Virus record (IMG/VR): IMGVR_UViG_3300008267_000012
DNA length: 64,000 nt
Source of the DNA: a virus
Taxonomy: Duplodnaviria > Caudoviricetes
Direction: 5' to 3' (one strand)
Each line of letters begins with the position of its first letter. Within the stretch, counting starts at the first letter, position 1. The translations under genes and the position numbers were made by a program. Below are positions 49,071-57,228 of the stretch, in pieces. A model generated the notes under the pieces. That model was not told the origin of the DNA. It did no database searches and saw only the letters and a list, made by a program, of their open reading frames with translations.

Positions 49071-49123
49071 TTTTTATTAAAAATTTTAACAAAAAATATA
49101 AAAAAACGTATTATATTTGAGAT

Positions 49124-49423
49124 ATGAAAATCATTAACGCAGAAGAATTTAAGAATGCAATTAATGAAGATTGCATTGTTGCATTTAGCACATCTTGGTG
49201 CGGTCCTTGTAAAATGTTAGCACCAACTCTTGAAACAATTACTGAAGTTCCTGTATATAAAGTGGATGCTGATACAGAAGCACAACTTTGTATTGAATAT
49301 GGTATTAGGTCAGTTCCAACAATTATTTCTTTTAAAGAAGGAAAAGAATATAAAAAATTATTGGGCAATCAAACCAAACCCAAACTTTTAGAAATGTTAG
49401 ATTATGAATTGCCAAATAATTAA
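49124..49423 (+). CDS. trxA: Thioredoxin
   Basis: WCGPC active site; YGIRSVPT cis-Pro loop. Confidence 0.93.
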   Translation: MKIINAEEFKNAINEDCIVAFSTSWCGPCKMLAPTLETITEVPVYKVDADTEAQLCIEYGIRSVPTIISFKEGKEYKKLLGNQTKPKLLEMLDYELPNN

Positions 49424-49535
49424 TTTAATTAAAGATAAAGGACAAATCATTGGTGTTCTCCTTCAACTTGAGAATGGAGATACACAATATCTACCAATAA
49501 AAGAATATAATAAATTTCAAAACAATGGCAAATAA
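49404..49535 (+). CDS. Possible 43-aa ORF
   Basis: MNCQIINLIKDKGQIIGVLLQLENGDTQYLPIKEY...; bridges thioredoxin and the next gene by overlaps. Confidence 0.35.
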   Translation: MNCQIINLIKDKGQIIGVLLQLENGDTQYLPIKEYNKFQNNGK

Positions 49536-50115
49536 CTGTTACAACATCATTACCTTTGAAGGTGATATTGAAAAACTTAATAAACTTAGAGACATAATTG
49601 CACCTTTTGTTAAAACAGGTTTGAATTATGAAAACTATAAAGAACTTTTTGCAGATGAACAAATCTTTATTGATTCATATGAAGATTATGATTTTAGAGA
49701 AGAGCATCCAAAATGGTTTACTCCTGAAGAACCACACATTCTAGATGGTCAATTAAACCTATATGGCGATTCAGCCTGGACTCCTGTTACTGAACTTGTA
49801 GGTATAATTAGTCATGTATATAAAGTAAGTTCAAGAATCACTTATGAAGAACAAGGAATGAACTTCGCAGGTGAGCAAGAATATAACGAAGAAGGTGTAT
49901 GTACTCTTGATGATGAATATACTTATTGGGAATGGCAATTTAAAGAAGGTAACTTCTATGATGAATTTGCTTTTAGCGCAGAATACATGGATGACCTTGA
50001 TGAATTCTTAGATAATAATAACCTTGCCGATAAAGTTGATATGGATAAGGTAAAACAAATTTGGAACGAATACCATAACGAAGAAGAGGAAGAAGATAGC
50101 GAAAATGAAGAATAG
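49525..50115 (+). CDS. YubB/Api92-like ferredoxin-fold protein
   Basis: MANNCYNIITFEG start; DSAWTP and YEEQGMNFAG motifs. Confidence 0.65.
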   Translation: MANNCYNIITFEGDIEKLNKLRDIIAPFVKTGLNYENYKELFADEQIFIDSYEDYDFREEHPKWFTPEEPHILDGQLNLYGDSAWTPVTELVGIISHVYKVSSRITYEEQGMNFAGEQEYNEEGVCTLDDEYTYWEWQFKEGNFYDEFAFSAEYMDDLDEFLDNNNLADKVDMDKVKQIWNEYHNEEEEEDSENEE

Positions 50116-50262
50116 TTTTTGGTTTAATTATCATTATGATTTCTATAAAGGTGAATACAAGACACTTAAAAAAGAAAATATATTATTGATTTTTTCCATA
50201 ACAAATTTTATAATAACTTTAATAAATCTCTATCTCCATATAACTAATTAATAAGAAATAAT

Positions 50263-51081
50263 ATGTATAATACCCTAGACTATCACCAATCGGTAAACAA
50301 ACTAAGAACTTTCTTCCAAAAGAAAAATTTCATTGAAGTACCAACACAATCAAGATTATCTATCTTAGCAGCTTGTGAAAACCCTCACTCAATAACACAA
50401 TTTGAATATACAAATCAAATTTGGCCTCTACCACAGACAGGTCAAATGTGGTTGGAGTTTGAACTTTTGAAAAATCCAACTTGGGATGGTGTATTCTGCG
50501 TATCAACTTCATATAGACAAGAAAAAAATCCAATCCAAGGTAGACATGAACTTATCTTCCCTATGTTTGAATTTGAATCTAAAGGTACTATGAAAGATAT
50601 GCTTCAACTTGAAGCTGAATTATTAGAACATCTTGGCTTTGATAAACCAATTGAAGTAAATTATGATGATGTATGTCAAGAATATGGTGGTGTTGAAATT
50701 CTTGAAAATGAACATGAAACAAGAATGTGGGAAGAAAAAGGTCCTGTAGTATCTTTACAAAACTTTCCCCTAAGAACAAATCCATTTTGGAATATGCAAC
50801 ATAACGATAATGGTATCTTTAATAAAGTTGATGTAATACTTTATGGTCAAGAAACCATTGGCTCTGCTGAAAGAAGTAGCGATGTTGAAAAAATGAGAGA
50901 AATGTTCTATACCATTGAGAATGGAAAGTATAGCGAAAAATTATTTGAACTCTTTGGTAAAGATAGAGTAGAAAAAGAATTAGAAGATTTCTTTAAACAT
51001 GATTTCTTTGAAAGATTTGGTGGTGGAATCGGTATGACAAGAATGGCAAGGGCATTGAAATTAAATGGTTCTATTGATTAA
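50263..51081 (+). CDS. Stand-alone class II aminoacyl-tRNA synthetase catalytic-core homolog (Asn/Asp/Lys subclass-like)
   Basis: Motif 1 FIEVPT, QTGQMWLE, motif 2 SYRQE...RH..FPMFEFE, ETIGSAERS, motif 3 GGGIGMTRM; no anticodon-binding domain. Confidence 0.78.
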   Translation: MYNTLDYHQSVNKLRTFFQKKNFIEVPTQSRLSILAACENPHSITQFEYTNQIWPLPQTGQMWLEFELLKNPTWDGVFCVSTSYRQEKNPIQGRHELIFPMFEFESKGTMKDMLQLEAELLEHLGFDKPIEVNYDDVCQEYGGVEILENEHETRMWEEKGPVVSLQNFPLRTNPFWNMQHNDNGIFNKVDVILYGQETIGSAERSSDVEKMREMFYTIENGKYSEKLFELFGKDRVEKELEDFFKHDFFERFGGGIGMTRMARALKLNGSID

Positions 51082-51174
51082 AAGTATTATACTTTACTAT
51101 AGTATTTTTATTGGAATATTAGTTTTATCAATGGTATCATATTTAATAATTTATGATTTAATTAAAAATAAAAA

Positions 51175-51405
51175 ATGATTAAATTAATATTAGCATACGG
51201 TCTATTTATTTATTGGTTCTTTTTTCTTTTACTAGCAATTGGAGGATTAATTTTTGTTATTGTCGCTTTAGGTCGTCTAACAAAAGCCGTTATCAAAGAA
51301 GAAAAAATGATAGAAATTGAACCCGATTATCCAAAGCATACTGATAAAACATTATATAAATCTTCTCATATACCAATTCCTCAAAATTTTAAAAGAAAAA
51401 AATGA
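51175..51405 (+). CDS. Small membrane protein
   Basis: Long N-terminal hydrophobic segment. Confidence 0.5.
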   Translation: MIKLILAYGLFIYWFFFLLLAIGGLIFVIVALGRLTKAVIKEEKMIEIEPDYPKHTDKTLYKSSHIPIPQNFKRKK

Positions 51406-51611
51406 CACTAACTACATTCTTTATTATCCTAATCTTATTAGCATCTATTGTAACTACTCTTGGTGTACTAGTAATAAGAGTCGCTGTTCAAATGGCTGAA
51501 CATATATATTTCCCACCTAAACCAAAATTAAGTTTTAAAGAAAGAGCTAAAAAAAGATACGAAAGAAAATATGCAACTAAAAGAATTCCAAAGCCTACTA
51601 GAAAAGTTTAA
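51402..51611 (+). CDS. Small membrane protein with basic tail
   Basis: N-terminal TM, K/R-rich C-terminus; ATGA overlap. Confidence 0.5.
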   Translation: MTLTTFFIILILLASIVTTLGVLVIRVAVQMAEHIYFPPKPKLSFKERAKKRYERKYATKRIPKPTRKV

Positions 51612-51879
51612 ATCATTCTCAGATAAATTATCTGAACTACATGATTTAGGTTTTGACTTCTATGAAGGTAAATATCAACTAATAAATGATGTAGATAAAA
51701 TTATTGATATTACCCTATCCTCTCATTATACAGAACAAGGTGTGGATTGGATTAATTGGTTTATCTATGAAACCGATTATGGAAAAAAAGATATGGAAGC
51801 TACGGATGAAAATAAAAACCCAATATGCTATGATGTAGAATCCCTACATGAATATATTACAAAGAATCATAAAATTTAA
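51571..51879 (+). CDS. Hypothetical protein
   Basis: 102-aa ORF (GVDWINWFIYETDYG). Confidence 0.55.
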   Translation: MQLKEFQSLLEKFKSFSDKLSELHDLGFDFYEGKYQLINDVDKIIDITLSSHYTEQGVDWINWFIYETDYGKKDMEATDENKNPICYDVESLHEYITKNHKI

Positions 51880-53054
51880 TATTTTTTCTTCATCATCATA
51901 CTAAGTGGTTTAGGATATTTCCTACTTACCATCCTATCAAATGATTTTGGATATTTCCTATCATTAATATCACCTGCAAGTGCATATAACTTGTATATCT
52001 TTCTTAATACTTTATTTGATACAACCTTAAATTCCTGCTCAGATGATTTAAAAAAATTATTATAGTCACCCTTATATTTCCTATCAATCTGACTCATATA
52101 ATCTTTTATAACCTCATTCCTTAATTTATCAGGAAACTGTTTGGTCTTCTTAAATTCTTCTAATTCTTTTGGGTCTGATATATGCTGTGCTAATACATTC
52201 ATCTTAAATAATTTACTTCTTTTGAATGCATACTCTAATAAATTTTCAATAACCTGCTCATCCGTACCCTCATATCCTAGTAGATTGGTATCTTTTGCTA
52301 ATTGTCTTATCCCATCTGCAAATGACATTAATTCCTGTTTTAATCCCTCATATGTAAAATTATTTATTTTCTTTAACTCAAGCACAGTTTCATTTGACAT
52401 CATAAACTTTAAAAAATCTCTCTTACTTATTCCCATAACATCCATTTCTGTTGCAACCTGACTTGTCCTAACCAAATTCTCAATGAAATCTATGAAATAT
52501 AAATAATAAAAAAACTCATTCAATGGTCCAACACCAAATGATATAAGTTTACTATTTGCAACATAATCTGCCCTGTCAGTTAATTTACCAACACTCATCT
52601 TATATCCATCATATCTGTGCTTTAACTCATGTGCAAATGATGCCACAACAAGCTTTTGACTGTTACTTTTTATATATTCTCTTATCTCTTTTCCTGTAAC
52701 ATCTCTTGGAGCTGTCATATCTATATTTAATATAAACCCAAACCCTTCGGTAACCCTTATATCACTCTTTCTTGTCTTTGTTAAATCACCTCCTACTCTT
52801 ATATACTCCCTGTTAGAAAAACTATTAAGACTTACTTTACTACCCTCATTTAAACTTATTGTAATTAATGCCTTGTTAAATAAATAATCCCCTATAATAA
52901 ATCTACCCGATACAATAAACTCCTGACCATTTAAACTATCAAATGTATCATCATCACTTATCTGACTAATAAATTTATTATATATCTCTTTAGCCACTAC
53001 AACTAAACCACTCGGTACTCCTAATACCTCATTTATTACTTTTAACTTTCCCAT
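51876..53054 (-). CDS. Hypothetical protein with HExxH motif
   Basis: 392 aa; FAHELKHRYD. Confidence 0.55.
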   Translation of the reverse strand: MGKLKVINEVLGVPSGLVVVAKEIYNKFISQISDDDTFDSLNGQEFIVSGRFIIGDYLFNKALITISLNEGSKVSLNSFSNREYIRVGGDLTKTRKSDIRVTEGFGFILNIDMTAPRDVTGKEIREYIKSNSQKLVVASFAHELKHRYDGYKMSVGKLTDRADYVANSKLISFGVGPLNEFFYYLYFIDFIENLVRTSQVATEMDVMGISKRDFLKFMMSNETVLELKKINNFTYEGLKQELMSFADGIRQLAKDTNLLGYEGTDEQVIENLLEYAFKRSKLFKMNVLAQHISDPKELEEFKKTKQFPDKLRNEVIKDYMSQIDRKYKGDYNNFFKSSEQEFKVVSNKVLRKIYKLYALAGDINDRKYPKSFDRMVSRKYPKPLSMMMKKKY

Positions 53055-53061
53055 TCTATTA

Positions 53062-53481
53062 CTATATAGTTTTTAACTGAAAATGCATTCCATCTTTCCT
53101 TCTCCATATACCACCCCAATCAAATCCTGCATCCACAAAACATTTTACAAATCCTGCACTAAACTTTGGCTCACAAGCTAAACAGTTTTCAAAGGCATTA
53201 AAATCAATGGCAACTCCCCAGGAATGTAAACTCATTGAACTTAATCCCCTCTTCTTTCTAATATTAAAACATCCATCAAAAGTTTTTAACTCTGATACAA
53301 ATCCTGTATCAATTAAATTCTTAAACGCTTTTGATAATGGAGCAACCATATCCTTATTGCAATAAATCTTCTTTGGAATTAATCCTATCTCCAACTCACT
53401 TGGTACATCCCATAATACCATACATGGATTGTTCTTTGATGGCTCACCATACTTTCTTAAACATTGATTTGATGTTAACAT
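53062..53481 (-). CDS. Endolysin, peptidase M15 family
   Basis: R....SxH motif (SMSLHSWGVAIDFN), DWGG.W and D.MHFQ Zn ligands. Confidence 0.85.
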   Translation of the reverse strand: MLTSNQCLRKYGEPSKNNPCMVLWDVPSELEIGLIPKKIYCNKDMVAPLSKAFKNLIDTGFVSELKTFDGCFNIRKKRGLSSMSLHSWGVAIDFNAFENCLACEPKFSAGFVKCFVDAGFDWGGIWRRKDGMHFQLKTI

Positions 53482-53612
53482 ATTTTAATATAAATAGAAA
53501 AAAACTATAAAAATTTTTCCTACCCCACCCTACTCTTTTTAAATAAAAAACCCCATAGGATTTTTTTTTATTTTACACTTTGTAAACACTTTACTTTACA
53601 TAAAAATAAATG

Positions 53613-53682
53613 TGTCGGGAATCCTCTAATTCTGTCGCAAATACTCTAAATTTGTCGGGAATACTAAAAAAGTGTCGGGAAT
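53613..53682. repeat. Four TGTCG(G/C)(G/A)AAT direct repeats with exact 20-bp period
   Basis: Copies at 53613, 53633 (TGTCGCAAAT), 53653 and 53673. Confidence 0.8.
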
Positions 53683-53727
53683 AAAATTTTGTAAAAAATT
53701 TATACTATTTATATAAAAGAATAGTAT

Positions 53728-54513
53728 ATGAAAATTTGTAAGAAATGTTTAAACCCAAAAAATGAATCAGAATTTGGTGTTGATAAATCCAAGAAAGATG
53801 GACTATCAATTTATTGTAAGGATTGTCAAAAAGAAATAAGAGAAAAATATAAAGGCAAATATGACCATAATGAATATTATGAAAAATATAAAGAAAGGAA
53901 GAAAGAATACTATCAGGAAAATAAAGAAAAAATAAAAGAATATTATGAAACAAATAAAGAAAAAATAAGCGAAAAAAGAAAAGAATATTGGGAAGAAAAT
54001 AAAGAAAGAATAAAAGAAAAATATAAAGGTAAATATAAATATCCTTACAAACCTAGAAATTATACAGAAGAACAAAAACTTAAAAGAAAATTATACGATA
54101 AAGAATATAAACAAATCCATAAAGATAGATATAATCAAAAAAGAAGACTGTATAAAAAATTAAAAAAAGAAAATGACCCCATTTTTAAACTAAAAGAAGC
54201 ATGTAGAAAATCAATCTATATGTCAATTAAAAGAAATGGTTATACAAAAGAAACTAAAACTTATGAAATATTAGGTTGTTCATATGAAGATTTTAAAAAT
54301 CACATTGAATCACAATTTGAAAATTGGATGAATTGGGATAACTATGGTTTATGTAATAATGAATTTAATTATGGTTGGGATATAGACCACATTGTTCCTT
54401 GCGCTTCTGCTAAAACAGAAGAAGAACTTTTAAAACTAAACCATTATACTAACCTTAGACCACTATGCTCTCACATTAATAGAAATATTAAAAGAGATAG
54501 GTTGGATTTTTAA
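53728..54513 (+). CDS. HNH endonuclease with N-terminal CxxC zinc finger (homing-endonuclease-like)
   Basis: CKKC...CKDC; WDIDHIVPC...LNHYTNLRPL. Confidence 0.8.
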   Translation: MKICKKCLNPKNESEFGVDKSKKDGLSIYCKDCQKEIREKYKGKYDHNEYYEKYKERKKEYYQENKEKIKEYYETNKEKISEKRKEYWEENKERIKEKYKGKYKYPYKPRNYTEEQKLKRKLYDKEYKQIHKDRYNQKRRLYKKLKKENDPIFKLKEACRKSIYMSIKRNGYTKETKTYEILGCSYEDFKNHIESQFENWMNWDNYGLCNNEFNYGWDIDHIVPCASAKTEEELLKLNHYTNLRPLCSHINRNIKRDRLDF

Positions 54514-54639
54514 AACGAAAAATTATATAAAAAATTTTTTAACACACAATCTATTTTGGAGTTGAAAAGTTGTGCAGGAATTTTTTACAAAATTTTTTTC
54601 TAATTGTAAACTAATTTTTGTAGCCGATACATCCATGCT

Positions 54640-54720
54640 GCCCCCACATCTATGGGAGGGGGGTGGGTGGGCTGTGTTATAGGGGGGTACAGAGGGGGGT
54701 ATGCCCAGGGGGGTCTCCCT
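54640..54720 (+). other. G-rich tract with G-quadruplex potential
   Basis: GGGAGGGGGGTGGGTGGG followed by three further runs of six G in an otherwise AT-rich genome. Confidence 0.6.
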
Positions 54721-55000
54721 GACATTTCCAAATCTTTTTTCAACTTTTTCTTACATCAATCTTACATTAGGACTTTTCCCATATCGGTTAGGACTAATCC
54801 AGTATTGTACTTTGCCCAGGCGACATAGGACAAAACAATGAATGCGATTTAAGGCATCTGCAAGGCTCTACAATGAACGCAAGGTTCAAATGGTATCTGA
54901 ACCTCACCCGAAACTTTGCGTTGATTGTAGGCTGTGTTGCGCTTGAATTAGGGCATAAAAAAAGGGAGGCTTTCACCTCCCTTGTTTTGCCGTTCCGTGC

Positions 55001-55795
55001 TTAGAAAATTTCACGGAGGGCTTTCACATTGCATAGGGCTTGCAAGCGGTCATCGGCAAGCATCCGCTTCTTTTGGACATAGTACGCATTGCGGTTCAGC
55101 CACCCCTGAAGAACGCAAGCATCTGCGGTAGGTAGTGGCGAAACCTCCACCTCAATCATCCGTTCAAAGGTCTGCCAAAACCTGCGGTCTGCATTGTTAT
55201 CGGCAAGGTTGAACAAGTGGCGCACCTCTTTTTGGAGGTCAATTTCCACCTTTGACTTTGAGGCAAGTGCCATTGCCCTCTCCACCTGCGGATTAACCAT
55301 TTCGTTGTTATCATCATCGGCAACGAAGAGGCTGATGATAGCCTTAGTCTTTGAATTGCCACCTTTCTTTGCGCCATTCTGAACGCATTGGATTGAGGCT
55401 TTCAGCCAAAGCCTCCAAAAGCGACCTTGCGTAAGTGGTTCACCATTGTAGGTGAAATCTGCGTGGCTGAACCGCAAGATACCCTTTTTCTTGGTCGGGG
55501 TAATGAGGCGAAGGTATGCCTCTTGTGCAAAGTCTTCAGCGGTCTTTGCGGTAAACCTCTGACCGATACCCAAAAATGGGTATTTTCGGATAAGCATAAA
55601 GGCAATGCCTTTTGCCATAAGTTGCGCCCTTTTATTGAACCCTTTCGGGGTCATCGGGCAAACATCCATTCTCTTTACGAACTTGCAAAGAGAGATAACA
55701 CGAACCTTTTTAGGGGTGTTATCAGATGAAACAGATACAGAAGGAGTAGTGGCAACCCCGTTGCTAACTACTGAAGAAGTGATTTGATTTTTCAT
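55001..55795 (-). CDS. Putative ECF-like sigma factor / transcription regulator (GC-rich gene)
   Basis: TAEDFAQEAYLRL...FWRLWL resembles sigma region 2; C-terminal helical HTH-like segment; start set at ATG 55795 (GATATTTG-N4-ATG). Confidence 0.5.
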   Translation of the reverse strand: MKNQITSSVVSNGVATTPSVSVSSDNTPKKVRVISLCKFVKRMDVCPMTPKGFNKRAQLMAKGIAFMLIRKYPFLGIGQRFTAKTAEDFAQEAYLRLITPTKKKGILRFSHADFTYNGEPLTQGRFWRLWLKASIQCVQNGAKKGGNSKTKAIISLFVADDDNNEMVNPQVERAMALASKSKVEIDLQKEVRHLFNLADNNADRRFWQTFERMIEVEVSPLPTADACVLQGWLNRNAYYVQKKRMLADDRLQALCNVKALREIF

Positions 55796-55799
55796 AATG

Positions 55800-55832
55800 C
55801 AAATATCGGCATAAGAAGTAATACACTCCAAA
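55800..55832 (-). promoter_or_regulatory. Bacteroidota sigma-A-type promoter candidate
   Basis: Minus strand TTTG-N21-GATATTTG-CATT-ATG; same N4 geometry as four TATATTTG-N4-ATG sites elsewhere in the window. Confidence 0.5.
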
Positions 55833-55863
55833 TCTGACACAAAAATAAATTTAAAATAAACCC

Positions 55864-56147
55864 TAACTCATTGATAATCAGCGAGAAAAAAGTTGAAAAT
55901 TTTTGTAAGAAATCATAACTCACTGAAAATCAGCGACTTGAACCAGGCAATGGTATATGAACTGCGTGAGGTGTGCGTATGCGTGTGTGCGTGTATGAAA
56001 CAAAATAAATGAAACAAAAAAATTTATTTGCTGTACTGAACTAATAGACCATAGGACAAAACCAAGATTTGAATCAGAACTCGTTGAAAACCAGGCACTT
56101 AGGTCTTAATTTAGGTAGTAACCATAACTGACTGATAATCAGCGACT
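55864..56147. repeat. Four imperfect palindromic AACT-N3-TGA-N-AA(T/C)CAG repeats (IHF-site-like)
   Basis: Copies at 55864, 55916, 56078 and 56125; the 55916 copy contains AATCAGCGACTTG, matching WATCARN4TTR. Confidence 0.6.
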
Positions 56148-56457
56148 TCCTTTGTATTCGCATAACTATTTTTTTTGGTATCAGAGTACCAAAAAGGCAC
56201 ATCGTGTCTTATACGCAATGTTATGAGGCTGAAAACGCATTCTAATAACGCTGGTAAGGTTACCAAAAAACTTGGTAGAAAATAAATTTGGAAATATGGA
56301 AAATGGTATTCTGAAAAATGGGAAAAATGCCTTAGTCAAAATAATTGAGAAAAGCAAGGAATTGAAAAAATAAAATTATTTTCAAATAATTTTGGTAATG
56401 TCAAAAATCCTCCACTGGCCTGGCCCTGGCGCAAGGTGAAAAAATTTTCAGATTTTT

Positions 56458-56487
56458 TGTAAGATTTGAGAGGTGAGTTCATATACT
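56458..56487 (+). promoter_or_regulatory. Cassette promoter motif (non-coding transcript)
   Basis: TGTAAGA-N17-TATACT, not followed by ATG. Confidence 0.7.
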
Positions 56488-56492
56488 ATACT

Positions 56493-56592
56493 AAGACAAA
56501 AGCATTACTGCTTTGCAGGTATGTTTCTTTCTTATCCATTTGGTTTTTACACTTTTATAGAAAATCCCTTTGAAATTCAGAGGGATTTTTTT
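56493..56592 (+). ncRNA. Candidate small RNA
   Basis: Flanked by a cassette promoter and the hairpin AATCCCT..AGGGATT plus T-run; 5' hairpin AAAGCA-TTAC-TGCTTT. Confidence 0.45.
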
Positions 56593-56617
56593 TTATTCTT
56601 TTTTTAATAAAAAAGAA

Positions 56618-56664
56618 GAAGCCCGAACCAAGGGAAGGTTAATCGCAGGTAGTTCGCCCAAACT
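56618..56664 (+). repeat. 47-bp conserved element, copy A
   Basis: GAAGCCCGAACCAAGGGAAGGTTAATCGCAGGTAGTTCGCCCAAACT. Confidence 0.9.
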
Positions 56665-56722
56665 TTTTTAAAATAAATTAAAAATAAAAAAAGGCAATCA
56701 CTCCCGATTGCCTTTCCCGAAC

Positions 56723-56956
56723 TTACTTGCACATTGCTTTCAGTTCCGCTTTTATCTCCTTGGCTTTCTCACCTCTCCAAGAGGAAGCATTGCCAAGGAA
56801 GTAAAGAACGATTGACTTTCCCGAATCCCAACCATAATCCTGGTTTACGGAATCCATTTGCGCCATTGCATCCAAATAAGGCTTGGCTGCAAAATTGATG
56901 TTTTTCCAATCCTTCCTAACCTCGGAAGCGATTTGGCTTAGTGTTCTTGTTGTCAT
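56723..56956 (-). CDS. Small early-type hypothetical protein
   Basis: MTTRTLSQIASEVRKDW...AKPYLDAM...YFLGNASSWRG; ATG abuts the promoter motif. Confidence 0.7.
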   Translation of the reverse strand: MTTRTLSQIASEVRKDWKNINFAAKPYLDAMAQMDSVNQDYGWDSGKSIVLYFLGNASSWRGEKAKEIKAELKAMCK

Positions 56957-56961
56957 AATAT

Positions 56962-56991
56962 AGTATATGAATTGAGGTGTCATATCTTACA
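56962..56991 (-). promoter_or_regulatory. Cassette promoter (leaderless geometry)
   Basis: TGTAAGA-N17-TATACT-ATATT-ATG. Confidence 0.75.
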
Positions 56992-57013
56992 TTTTATTTT
57001 AAAATAAATTTTA

Positions 57014-57183
57014 ACAATGTCAATGTATATACAATGTAGTGGTTCTGACAATGTTAATGTATATACAATGTATGACTTTCTGTATTGTGTGTTATTTTAC
57101 ATTGTTTGCCTTTTGACAATGTAGGAACAATGTCAGGACAATGTAGGCTTATACACAATGTTATGAGAATGTTTTGACATTGT
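57014..57183. repeat. ACAATGT heptamer array
   Basis: ACAATGT at 57014, 57031, 57048, 57065, 57116, 57127, 57138, 57155; inverted ACATTGT at 57099 and 57177. Confidence 0.8.
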
Positions 57184-57193
57184 TGAAAAAGAA

Positions 57194-57223
57194 TGTAAGA
57201 TATTGACATTGAGTTCATATATT
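57194..57223 (+). promoter_or_regulatory. Cassette promoter preceding 47-nt element copy B
   Basis: TGTAAGA-N17-TATATT. Confidence 0.7.
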
Positions 57224-57228
57224 ATAAT

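Noticed and set aside
54749-54766. Two TCTTACA half-sites as further cassette promoters
   Set aside because: No TATACT-like box 17 nt away; likewise for TGTAAGA at 55904.
55156-55787. Several overlapping alternative ORFs in the GC-rich gene
   Set aside because: Expected from stop-codon scarcity at higher G+C; only the 55001-55795 frame has a promoter, a terminator and a recognisable motif.
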